From Azolla caroliniana (taxonomy: Eukaryota > Plantae > Polypodiophyta), in assembly GCA_043228905.1 (NCBI GenBank), contig JBHGNT010000011.1, positions 12,028,001-12,092,000 on the forward strand: a DNA stretch of 64,000 nt, written 5' to 3'. Shown piece after piece: positions 26,865 through 37,635 of this stretch. The notes under the pieces are model-generated. The model was not told the DNA's origin. It made no database searches and saw only the letters and a program-made list of their open reading frames with translations. The translations under genes were made by a program, and so were the position numbers. Positions within the stretch are counted from its first letter, which is position 1, and each line of letters opens with the position of its first letter.

Positions 26865-29800
26865 TTATTTCCACCCAAGCCTCTCGAAAAGAAGTGGGGG
26901 GTCAAAGGGTCTTGATGTGGGTTCCAATGTAGAGAGTGCCCTAGCCATGGCTTCTAGGCGGTGTAGCTCACGTTCCCTTATTTTCAATATTGCGTCCACA
27001 TCACGTTGAGTTGTTTTGAAACCCGGCACCCGAGGACGTCTGGTTCTTCTCTGGTTTTCTGCCTCATCAATGGAAAGGCCGAGTGGTGCAAGTGTGTCGG
27101 CATTCGTTGTCTCCTCAGGTTCCTGAAAAACTGCATTTGTTACATGTTCGTGATCATTAGCAGCATTATTGTCAACATTTTGTAATTTATTCTCTCTGTG
27201 TTGTTTTAGCGCTAGAATGTATTTGCCTAATTTCTTTATATCTAGAGTATCTAATAGTTTGGGGAGGGTGGGAGACGGACCAAGTATGTCTTGGTATTGT
27301 GCCCTTATCTCGGCATAGGTTGGACACTTGCAAGTAAAGTGGTACTCATCCTCTATCTCTATGTGACATAACCTACATATCCTTTCCTCCCTAGGGACTC
27401 CACTAGTACGGCCATTTTCAATCTCAAGTTGGTGAGATGATATTCTAAGTTGTCCTATGGCAACCCTTAGTGCATGTGGTAAGAATACATCTAGATATTT
27501 TGGCCGTGTGATAAAACCTAACTCAGAGAAGTGCATGAAGTGTTTCTTATAGTACGACATTTTAGATGGGAGTGGCTCTAGTGGGGTGATCCATTTACAC
27601 CGAGTGTAAATTTGCCATATTTCTTGGCGTATTACTTTATTGCGGTTCTCATGAGAGATTAAGGTGTTATCACTCGTGTGGTTGTACCTAAGGGGAGGTA
27701 GGTTATTAATGTCTAGACCATTCGCAAGAAGCCAAGTCACCATCATGCCATACCATGAGCTAGTATAGCCGGACTCATACAATGATCGAGAGGCCTTAAA
27801 GGCTTGATGAGATATTCTATCATGTGGTTGGCTATGTATCCTATCAATAAAGACTACAAGTTGAAAAAGTGCCTCTACTAGCATTGGGGGTAACGTGAAC
27901 TCGGCCCTAATAATGTCATGTGGTACAGTCGATTTGCTTCGAAGTTGGCGTGATAGCATCATCACCAATGGTCTCTCTAATTGCGTCCACATGAAGGATG
28001 GTAATCCTGGAGCCCAAACCGCAGATGCATACATGAGGGAGGGGGTCACTAATGAGTCAAAGAGCCACCCTTTAGTCCGTGGCTCTTGAAAGTGTGCTTG
28101 GTGGCATTGTCTCTCTAGGAGTGAGAGGGATGCATGTCCTCTCGTGAGTCTATCCTTCGCTGCCTGTGTCATCGAAAATTTACCTGAGCGGGCACTAAAA
28201 GTGACTCCGAGATATACGTACGATCCAACCACCTCGACTGGGCTATGGGAGATAGTTAGGTGACACTTAGCTCTAACTTGGGCCGATGTGTGGAAGATAA
28301 GGACTTTCGTTTTCCCTAGATTCACTACCAATCCTCGTTGTACACAAAAGTCATCTAAGGCATTGAGGTGCCTCTGTAGGTCGTGTTCGGATTCAGAGAG
28401 CAAAACTATGTCATCCGCATAGAGCAAGATACGAACCTGCGTATCCCCAAGGACCACTCCGGTGCCTCCCTCACGAGCAATAAAATCTGTGATCTCATCA
28501 ATGTAAATCCCAAAAAGCGTCGGTGATAGGGGGCAACCTTGTTTTACACCAATAGTGCTAGTGAAACGATTGGATAGGCCACCTGGGCATCGGACACACC
28601 CGGACACTTGTTCATATAGTGCGTAGATGGCCCATACCATATCATCTGGTATCCTCAAGCTTTTAAGTCTATCAGACAACCGATCTCTAGGGACTGTGTC
28701 AAAGGCTTTGCGGAAGTCCACAAAACAACAATATAATCTCTTCTTGCGAGCCCTAGTTTGGTCAATTAGGCATCTAAGTGTGAAGATGTGATCAATAGTG
28801 GAGAAGGCTCGTCTAAAGCCAGCTTGTTCAGGTGCACGAAGGTTTAGGGTCTCCATGTAGTCGCTAAGCTCTGCTTCCATTACTGCACCATATAACTTAG
28901 CAAAGGTATGGCCTATCATAATGGTCCTATATGTATTTGGGTCCATGGGGTCCCCCCCTTTATGTATGGGGGTCACTGTATTCATAGTCCATTGTGGTGG
29001 AAAACCCTCCGCAAGGGCACGATTGAAGATTAGAGTTAGCAGGGGAGCTAGGCACTCTCTCGCATATATAATGTGTTCTGCTCGCAATCCTGTGTGGTCC
29101 ATGGACTTCCTATGTTGTAATTTCTTTATGACCTTCATGACCCTAGAGGTCGTGAAAAGTGTCCCCGTGGTAGGCCGGGGTGTGGAAGGCATTGGAAAAG
29201 GTGGTTGGTTTGGGATTTGGTAAAGTCTCTCTGTATATGTGTGCCAAGTTTCGGGATCTTCGATGGGTGTTTGTGGTCTTGGCTCCCGTAGTCTCTTCCA
29301 TGCCGTGGCGCAATCGCTACTCATGAGCATATGGTAGAGTTCCCAGTATTGGGATGCCTCCCACGCTCGTCTCTTACGACGTGTCATCTTACGCATTTCT
29401 TTGCGAGCTTGTGTGGAGGTAATACTACCCTTGAGTTGCGATACTGTAAGTTGTCTATGTAGGTCCCTACAATCCTCGTCATACCATTTATTTTGTGGCA
29501 TTGATCCTGATCTACCTTGATTTGAGTGTTTTGTATATGGGAAACTGCTAGCTGCTGCGGAGTGAAGGATGTGTGTGAGTTTCGTACTAAGGCTTTCTAA
29601 CGGTAGAGAGGGATCAATGGAGGGGAGATGGGCCTGAACATGTTGAGAGTATATGTCAGAGAGCTCATGTGTGAAATGTATTGTGGTGTGATGGCATGGT
29701 TGACTAGACTTGGTGACCTTAGAGATATCACATTTTAGCTCGAAGTATAAGAAGCTATGGTCTGCGCCAATAGGGCATGGGGCCACTCGGAAGGAGTTAA

Positions 29801-30596
29801 TCAAGTCGGTAGCTGTCGGGCGCCCTATTAGATAGTCAACTGTGCTTTCCCCTCCTCCATGTGGGAAACATGTGAGCTCTTCCGAGCCCGGCCACTTAGC
29901 TAAACCATTATATATGACCATCTGGTGCCGACTGCCAAGTTCGAGCAGGTGATGGCCAAAGCTCGTGGCGTCCGCACCTTGATCCTTTGATCTACGTGTG
30001 GTGCCTATGTCTAAAGGATCAACATTTACCATTTCTAGGTTTCTATTCATCTGAAATACTGTGCATTGTCGGGATTGGGTTCTCGCATTGAAGTCTCCTA
30101 CAAGAAATACTTCTCCTTGGGAAGAATATCGGATTATGTCATCCGATAGGGGTTCGTATGGAGAAGGCCCATGTGTCATTCCTTCATCGACTAATCTCGT
30201 CAAGCCACTAATATTATAACGGGATCCTTTTGGGGGAAAGTAACAAATGGCGAAAAATACTGCATGGTCTTTGCTTGTGGAGACTTTCACCCACATAAAA
30301 CGAGCTTCTGGGTCTATCTTCATTATTTCTATCCTATTATGTAGCTCTCTACGAAATAGTATCGCGACACCTCCAGATCCCCTAGTAGTGTGTCGACGTG
30401 AGGTTTGTCTAAAAGCGGACTCCCAACGGAATCCTTCGACCCGTGGGAGTCCTCTATTTGGGCTCTGATGTGTTTCTACCAAGAAGAGTATATCAGATAC
30501 CTTTAGTATCTCCTCTAGGCGGCCGGGGTGTGCCCAAAGTGCGCCATTACAATTCCATAGGGTCATCCTAAGTGCATTTTCTGTCACATGGGCCAC
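26865..30596 (-). CDS. LINE ORF2: APE endonuclease, reverse transcriptase, C-terminal CCHC
   Basis: 1243-codon ORF with WNCNG, LVET, GSGGV, ICYFPP, VGDFNAR, STVDY, ADH (APE), then QAGFRR, DFRKAFD, GVKQGCPLSP, LLYADD, YVYLGV (RT). The track start is GTG; the first ATG is at 30566. Confidence 0.96.
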   Translation of the reverse strand: MAHVTENALRMTLWNCNGALWAHPGRLEEILKVSDILFLVETHQSPNRGLPRVEGFRWESAFRQTSRRHTTRGSGGVAILFRRELHNRIEIMKIDPEARFMWVKVSTSKDHAVFFAICYFPPKGSRYNISGLTRLVDEGMTHGPSPYEPLSDDIIRYSSQGEVFLVGDFNARTQSRQCTVFQMNRNLEMVNVDPLDIGTTRRSKDQGADATSFGHHLLELGSRHQMVIYNGLAKWPGSEELTCFPHGGGESTVDYLIGRPTATDLINSFRVAPCPIGADHSFLYFELKCDISKVTKSSQPCHHTTIHFTHELSDIYSQHVQAHLPSIDPSLPLESLSTKLTHILHSAAASSFPYTKHSNQGRSGSMPQNKWYDEDCRDLHRQLTVSQLKGSITSTQARKEMRKMTRRKRRAWEASQYWELYHMLMSSDCATAWKRLREPRPQTPIEDPETWHTYTERLYQIPNQPPFPMPSTPRPTTGTLFTTSRVMKVIKKLQHRKSMDHTGLRAEHIIYARECLAPLLTLIFNRALAEGFPPQWTMNTVTPIHKGGDPMDPNTYRTIMIGHTFAKLYGAVMEAELSDYMETLNLRAPEQAGFRRAFSTIDHIFTLRCLIDQTRARKKRLYCCFVDFRKAFDTVPRDRLSDRLKSLRIPDDMVWAIYALYEQVSGCVRCPGGLSNRFTSTIGVKQGCPLSPTLFGIYIDEITDFIAREGGTGVVLGDTQVRILLYADDIVLLSESEHDLQRHLNALDDFCVQRGLVVNLGKTKVLIFHTSAQVRAKCHLTISHSPVEVVGSYVYLGVTFSARSGKFSMTQAAKDRLTRGHASLSLLERQCHQAHFQEPRTKGWLFDSLVTPSLMYASAVWAPGLPSFMWTQLERPLVMMLSRQLRSKSTVPHDIIRAEFTLPPMLVEALFQLVVFIDRIHSQPHDRISHQAFKASRSLYESGYTSSWYGMMVTWLLANGLDINNLPPLRYNHTSDNTLISHENRNKVIRQEIWQIYTRCKWITPLEPLPSKMSYYKKHFMHFSELGFITRPKYLDVFLPHALRVAIGQLRISSHQLEIENGRTSGVPREERICRLCHIEIEDEYHFTCKCPTYAEIRAQYQDILGPSPTLPKLLDTLDIKKLGKYILALKQHRENKLQNVDNNAANDHEHVTNAVFQEPEETTNADTLAPLGLSIDEAENQRRTRRPRVPGFKTTQRDVDAILKIRERELHRLEAMARALSTLEPTSRPFDPPLLFERLGWK

Positions 30597-30602
30597 ACGC
30601 CG

Positions 30603-31415
30603 TCAGTTAGTAGTGCGATCATTTATGATCACTCGCCCGTCTCGGTAAAAGGCGCGATGGCCTTCTTTACGAGCTTGCATAACTCGTGGCATACAACTCT
30701 TGCGATGCTCAATTTGCATCTTAGTGAGGTCTTCATCGAGATAGATGGGGTCCCCATCCATTCCTCGAAGGATTGGTCTCTTCTTAAAGAAAGTGATTCT
30801 AGAGTCTAAGTCTTTAAATTGAAGGACTAAGGCTCTCTTCCTAGTTGTGTCACGCCCGACCCTCCATGCTTTGGTGATAGGTAGGGCCTCTGTGTACCCT
30901 AACATTTTCCCAAGTGTTTGTGCGTCCTCATTTGGGGATGCACCTTCCTTGAGCCCAGTGACACGTACATTTAAGCGTCGGGCCTGACGCATTTTCTCTT
31001 CTTCAAGGGTGGTGTTAACAATATTTTCATCTTTTATTTCTTTTTTAATGTTTCTCTTAACCACATCTACCCAACCCGTTTTAGCTAACTCTATGTTATT
31101 ATTAACTTCCTCTTTAACTTTTTTAATTTCGTCCTTTATATCCTCTATAGAGGATATTTCACCGTCTTCTCGAGATACCTCGATGTCCTTAAGTTGTTTT
31201 TTAAGGTCGATGTTTTCTATTTTAAGTTGTTCGATTTCGGCCTTGAGGGCGTCTTTTTCCTCTCTATCTTTTTTCTTGTAGGTTTCGGTGTCTTTCGCCC
31301 ATTTTTTCATATCCATCTCTATTTTTGTTAAACGATTAAACATATCTAAAAAGTCCTCCTTACTTATAGCCTCGTCTTGTATATCCTTAAGTTCCTTAGT
31401 CCGTCTAGACGTCAT
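30603..31415 (-). CDS. LINE ORF1: coiled coil plus L1-like RRM/CTD
   Basis: Heptad-rich region (LKAEIEQLKIENIDLKKQL), then RRLNVRVTGLKE, AWRVGR, IYLDEDLT and AFYRDGRVIIN. First in-frame ATG (MTSRRTKE) at 31415. Confidence 0.88.
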   Translation of the reverse strand: MTSRRTKELKDIQDEAISKEDFLDMFNRLTKIEMDMKKWAKDTETYKKKDREEKDALKAEIEQLKIENIDLKKQLKDIEVSREDGEISSIEDIKDEIKKVKEEVNNNIELAKTGWVDVVKRNIKKEIKDENIVNTTLEEEKMRQARRLNVRVTGLKEGASPNEDAQTLGKMLGYTEALPITKAWRVGRDTTRKRALVLQFKDLDSRITFFKKRPILRGMDGDPIYLDEDLTKMQIEHRKSCMPRVMQARKEGHRAFYRDGRVIINDRTTN

Positions 31416-31988
31416 TGTGGTGTCAATAAGAAAAAAAGAAGGTAAAATAAATAAATGGGTTCGAGACTTAGCCGAGTTTTTGTGTGTGTCGCAATCACAT
31501 CGGCATTTTGTAGCACGGGACGAGCACACCAAAAGAACCCACCCACGAAACTCGTCGAGGAAAAGGTACTTCACCACATCAAGAACGGAGAAAAAAACAC
31601 CCCGTGACGGTGGCAGTCGTCAAAACGACGGTAGACGACGGCAGCCGACGGCAGACGGCGGCAGCAGACGGCAGACGGCAGCAGCAGACGGCAGACGGCA
31701 GCAGCAGACGACAGACGGCGGCAGCAGACGACAGCCGGCGGTAGCAGACGGTGGACGACTGCACGGTGGCAGACGGCGACGGCCGCAGATAACGGCAGCG
31801 ACGGCGACGGCGACGGCGACGACACTAGAGAGAGCAGGCGACAGAGAGAGACGAGGAAGCGAGCGATAGAGAGAGAGAGCAGACGGTGACGGTTGCTGCG
31901 GCTGCAGACGACGGCTGCAGACGACGGCGACGGTGACGGCGACGGCGACGACAGCGACAGAGAGCCGTTAGCGACAGGGAGAGCCGTT

Positions 31989-31994
<6 letters not shown>

Positions 31995-32072
<78 letters not shown>
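31995..32072. repeat. (AG)n microsatellite at the LINE 5' boundary
   Basis: Directly visible. Confidence 0.95.
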
Positions 32073-32077
<5 letters not shown>

Positions 32078-33054
32078 TGAGTTGGCCACATGTGGGGAAC
32101 TAGTTAGATTAGCTCTACCATCAGGGAAAAAATTGATAGCTCAAGCATTGACTGATGATTCGTTCTTATTTCTCAAAGCGGTACCTAATAATATAGCAAA
32201 AACCATGGAGGTATGGAATGTGTTTGCATTGGTGTCAGGATTACATATAAATATACGAATGTTGATTCTCGTTAGATGCATTGAGAGTGATTTGGTTGAT
32301 CTTGGATGGTGTGGCTAAATATTGGATCAAGGCAATGTGTGTTGGCACTTAGGTTACCCTATTGGTGTTGATATCTCAACGTCTCAAAGTTTGAATTGGA
32401 TATCAGGGTCAATTTTTCACAAATTTATGTATTGGAGGTCTCAAGCATGGCCATTTAGTACTCGTCTCAAAGTGGTACAAGCTATAATGATTCCAATGAT
32501 TTTGTATTTTTTGCCATTATTACCTTGGAAAAATGAATCACTTGATCAATTAGCTCGTTCACTTGAATATACATTTGGAAGAAAGGGCCAAAACTAGGTA
32601 TGAGTTGGGTATCATGGAACAATATCTGTACTCCAAAACGGTTAGGGGGAGTTACATTACTAAATTTGGAGGATCATATGGTGGCTTGAAGATTCAATCT
32701 GTTGAAAGGTATGTGCATAGGTACCCAACCTTGGGCAGAAATAATTAGTTATTTTTTGGAAAAGGTTGGTATATACCATGGGAAAACCAGAATTACAGCA
32801 TCGTGGTGGCATGTTGTTAATAGTACCCGGGAATTTAAATGTTCATAATCTATTATGTTCCAACAATTAGTGCTTTCTTGGCAACGATGCTTGAAATTAT
32901 TTAATTGGAGCCCCCCTGAGTGTAGAAAAGATACTAATTCCTTGGCAACAGAGGTGTTGGCATCTTCAAGGATAATACATTGGGATAGAAAAGAATGCCT
33001 AAATACAGAGTTTAATCGAATGGCAAGGCTGGGCTTGGTAACGGTGGAAGATGG

Positions 33055-34360
33055 TGTTGAGTGAGCAAGCTCAACTTGGGCCAATTGACTGAAGAAGGCG
33101 AGAACCGGATTGGATGGAAACTGATCGGTTAGCAGATCGGTTAGGACCTATATTCCTCGTAAGAATATTTTTGGTGTCAGCATCAGTAGCTCATTTATGA
33201 GCATTGAAGTACTTGTCAGTACTTCAATCAGTCCTTTTGAGGACTTGTATAAATAGTGCTCACTGACCACATTGCATGTACAAAGTGTTTTTCTTTGAAT
33301 CAAAGTTTTGTTTTCTGCTCTCTCTCTCTCGCTCTCTCTCATACTGTGTATCTCCATTCTATGTGTTAACCTAATAACTGTCATACTTCTTGTTAACTAA
33401 CTGTGTACTTTGTGTCTTCCGTATACGCTGTCTTGGAGGATTCCGGCCACTAGGAGAAAGGAGGTAGGATGCGAGTGAACAAGGTGTGCACATATGCACA
33501 TGAATTGCTTCTTATGTGAAAACAATTGTAAATAACGTAGTATTAATAAACTTACAAGAAAGGAGGGGAATAATAATAATAGGATGTGGAGGAGAGAATC
33601 ATGGGGGGGAATCTTTGGTGGAAATGGCTGTCATAACTACTGATGTAACCGATCAACCTTGAGCTATAAAAGCAGGAGAGGAAAATTGTTTTAGGGATCA
33701 ATCATTTTGGAGGGGAAAGTGTTGTCAGATAGCACCGTGGAGCGTTGTCACAGGCTATAGGTTTTCTATTCTACACAAGAGAATCGGTGGTGTGAGGCCT
33801 CTGCTCATGTAGGAAGCCCGTGTGCTCCCGACTAGAGGCTCACTAGTTTGTGTGTTTGTCGAGCTCAAAGCTCTGCTAGCCAGACTAAGGCCATCTCTTT
33901 GTATTCTCTCTCTATTATTAATCTATTCATTGTTTTCGGTATCTTGGTGTGAGTCGTGTATTGTGTGCTCCTCCTTGATCGTTTCCTTCTTCCTTTCATC
34001 TTGTGTTGCCCGACGTATGTCTACGAGTCTGTGTGCTCATTGCCCGGAAGCCGGATACGGGAGGGGTTAGGTAGCACTGAACTCTTAAGTGACTCATATC
34101 GCTAAGCTCCCTGGTTCGAGACCCCGGTGGTCCCGCCCGAGCCAACCTACAAGCCGCGGATTTCCACGACAATGCTTCCACACGTAATCTTTTACATGGT
34201 ATTAGACCGCGATGGTTGAGAATCTTATGCTGCCGACAAAGCGATCAACACAGAGACAAGTTTTTCGTCTTCCGGAAAAGAAAAGACAAGAATATGATAG
34301 AGGCATGGGCAACTCACTTCCTACGGAGAAGCTCGATCGGAGCAACTATGCATCCTGGTA
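33055..34360 (+). mobile_element. Copia 5' LTR, PBS and gag start, truncated and nested in the L1
   Basis: Starts TGTTGAGTGAGCAAGCTCAAC, like the LTR at 59533 (minus). Ends GCTTCCACACGTAATCTTTTACA at 34196, followed by a degenerate tRNA-Met PBS TGGTATTAGAC and gag MGNSLPTEKLDRSNYASW. Confidence 0.75.
33429..34171 (+). mobile_element. Solo LTR nested in the Copia LTR
   Basis: Imperfect inverted termini TGTCTTGGAGGATTCCG...GCGGATTTCCACGACA, TATA box GCTATAAAAG, and flanks ACGC/ATGC (likely TSD with a CpG transition). Confidence 0.7.
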
Positions 34361-37300
34361 TATTAGAGTCATGTATGAAAATGATAGCCTTTCGGACAAT
34401 TGTTTCATATGCCATGTGGATATGGGTATATTTGGGAATCATTATTGGCATTGCCTAGATTAGTTTTCCCACTTCCAGAGTTGGTGGTTGAGGACCCATG
34501 GAAAGATTGGTCGTTTGGTATTGGACAATCAATTTTTGTGGTGCACACTAATAATGTATACCATAAGTTGGTTGAAGATAGAGCTTAGTTACCAACTAAG
34601 GTTTTGGTCACATGGTACATTACTCGAGATGTAAAGTGGTGGCGTAGAGTTTTAGGTGTAGGATGGCATTTTCATCTTCCGTTCCGTGCTAAGGTGTTTC
34701 TTTGGCGTGTGACTGTTGGTGGGTTGCCTTTGGCGATAGCTTTAAAACGTAGAAATATTTCAAATGGGACATATTTTTTTGCACAGTGGTTGAGGAAGAT
34801 GCCATACATAGGTTCATTACATGTCCGGTTGCTAAAGCCATTTGGGTTGTTATATCACAAATTTGGGCATCGATAACAGACAATATTCTGTCACCTTTTA
34901 ATTGGATTTTTATTAATGACGATAAAGGCATGCATGCACCATCATATAAGGCCGTGTTTGACTACCTTAGGTGTTGGGGGATGTGGTTTAATTGGACCAT
35001 GAGAAATGGGTTCTTGTTTGATGGACTTCATGGGGTAACACAACAATTCCGTAGGATGAAAGGGAAGTTGATTTGGCAGTTTTCGCAACTATGTTGTTTG
35101 GGGACGTTGTCCCAAGAGGAGATAGAGTTATGTCATCTAGTTTTGCAACACTTGAGAGGGTTTCCCTTGCATTATCACTATTCATGAAGTAGTGAAGATA
35201 GCAAGGGTTGTGCTATCATTTTGTTTTAATAACAAACATTGATTTACGAAAAAAAGAAAAGAAAAGAAAAGAGATGTTTTCACTCACAATGATGTCTATT
35301 GTCCAAGATTTCATTGAGAAGGAAGGTGTAACATATGCGAGAACAAGTATTAAGACATTGTGGTGACAATTACTTAATGGAATACTCCACTTCAAATTCT
35401 TGAAGTTCATAAAATAACAATACAACATTTTGTTTTGAAGTCAACTTTACTAAATCCATAATTCCTCTTAGTATATAACCAAATGATTGATAATAAAATG
35501 TTTTAGTCTAAAGTTTGCTTGACAAAGTGCTAGTTTGTAATGATGTTCAACCCATGAGTTCATCTAGTGCTCCATCATAATGTTCTAAAACTTGGCAACC
35601 ATAGTTAACCATGATAATTTGATGGTTGAATGCATAATTTTATCTCCTCGATAAATTAGTTTAATCCAATTCATTAGGCAATCTTCTAGAAAGTCTTGCT
35701 TAATCGCTTGAGATCCATCATAGTATTTATCCAAATTTAGTGAGAATGTGGCTTTCTCCGTTTCAAGAGCTCGCGTTTGCCATCAAAGTTGTAACTATCG
35801 CATTGGCATTAGAAATATTTTTTTCTCCTTCATTAACATCTTCAATAGAACACATGCTTTATGTGATGTTTCCATACCCAATGACATACACATTATTTAA
35901 TCATGGATTTGAAGTTTGTGTACATATTGTTCCATCACTTCATAAGTAAATTCATCGAGTATGGCTTCCTATTCCCTTGAGTTGTCTACTTGCAAACTTC
36001 AGTTGGAGTTTAAACATTTGCATTTTCTTCTTTTCGTACATTTGTTAATATTGCCTTGTTTTCTCCCACCATTCTTTGATATTGATACAATGTTTGGATG
36101 TTTTCATTTTTATATTTTGCAAGCTTGAACATTTTGATAAGCCTTGCATTCTTCATTGAACCAAGCATTTGATGTCCATCTACACTTGCATTGCAATACT
36201 TATGATACTCTACCTTGAGAATAACATCCTTCAATTGCTCCCAAATTGTTTTCGTAAATTTACCAAGAAAGAGGTTTATGACATGTCTCTCTCAAACTTT
36301 GTTGGGTTTAAGAATTAGAGGAAGTCTTATACTTTCTGTAACACTCTAGCCCATCTAGAGTAAGATGTCATTACACTTTTTATTCACTATTAGCATGAAT
36401 AGTTTTTGGACTTGGTCCTATGGTTTTTTACCCTAAGAAGCATTTTCTAAGTTAAAACTTGGTGTATTGTGTATTCCTTTTGTTGTGTTTTGTTATCTAC
36501 CTTGAACAAATTGCACAATATAATCTTTGTCTCCTAATTAAGTTGTATAGTGCTATCGGATTCGTCAATCCTAACAAGAGGATTGTGGTTGAATAAAATT
36601 GTGGAGGTTGTGGGCCTTCACTCGTCCATTGGCCCCTAAGTTGTTGATCCCCATATTTGAGGATCATCACTTGCGAGCAAGGAGCATCCTCTAGCCCTTT
36701 GTTGTAGTTAGCATATGTGTGTTTGTGCACATCCTACATGCACTTCAAATCAACTTTTCTTTTCCTCCACCCCATTGACAACACTTAAATTTATCTCATC
36801 TCACATCCTACTTTTCTTAGACATCACCAACTTGAAAACGAGTCTACTACGGTCATGCAATTGAAAAAACTCTAGGTCCACAAGCTCTTACCCATACACC
36901 CATTTCCCACCAATTCAACATATTAATCTACCACAATCACCATATGTACATAACCTTGAGTGCCACGTGCACCACGAAGAGGTAATGTTGGACCACCACA
37001 ATAACATTAAATTCGTGCTCCCTAGGCCATTATATTCTCTACTTTAAATAGTGCTCGGTATACTACTATAATCAAGTATGACTTTAAGAGGCTTTTAAAG
37101 GAATACGACATTGTAATTGCTTGTTAATAAAATCTCCATAAGATGGAGCATTGGGCCATCCAATATGTGTAAGTTTTTTAACCACATTACCAATGGGGGT
37201 TGGCTTACTGAGGTGCGGATTGTGTTGTGCTAACATTGAACGAGGACTCGGGAGACATGCCCAATGAATCGTGGACAACGGCCTTACCACGGAAAACCAA

Positions 37301-37635
37301 ACCCATGAGAGGCCATATGATCACCATACACATGAGTGTGTTCCAAGGAAACCACTGACTTAACACATATTATGATTAAATGATGAATATGTCCCTTGAT
37401 GGTATGAGGGTCAACAATAATAGTCACTCTTCATGACAAAGGAATATCATCTTAAACATCATAATAATAATAATCATTAAACATCATCTTAATCATAATC
37501 ATAAATTATAATCATGAACATCATCTTAATTCATAATCATCATCATCATCATCATCATTATAATCCCGAAGGGCTCCATCAACACTTGCATTGAAATAAT
37601 TCAATATGATTTACAGTTAAATTTAGAGTAGGAAT

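Larger units (their letters stand above)
26656..31995 (-). mobile_element. Full-length, apparently intact non-LTR retrotransposon (RTEX/L2-like LINE)
   Basis: Two uninterrupted ORFs, a GC-rich repetitive 5' UTR (31610-31995), a conserved 3' hairpin and a (TTTC)n tail. Flanked on both sides by (GA)n. Clade assignment is inferred from the APE-RT-CCHC layout (LRISSHQLEIENGR...CRLC..EDEYHF..KC) and the microsatellite tail. Confidence 0.93.
32073..35190 (+). mobile_element. Degenerate 5'-truncated L1-clade LINE (RT C-terminus and zf-RVT), interrupted by LTR insertions
   Basis: Remnants ALTDDSFLFL, SGLHIN, HLGYPIG, KVFLWRV..GGLP and EEDAIHRFITCPVAKAIW...IW..RN. Confidence 0.8.

Noticed and set aside
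31288-32318. Overlapping ORFs of 141-193 aa across the LINE 5' UTR
   Set aside because: They arise from GC-rich and (GA)n repeats that lack stop codons and have no domain content, apart from the L1 RT remnant after 32073.
35400-37400. Possible Gypsy gag/RNase H and LTR remnants
   Set aside because: Only vague motif traces; too decayed to define boundaries.
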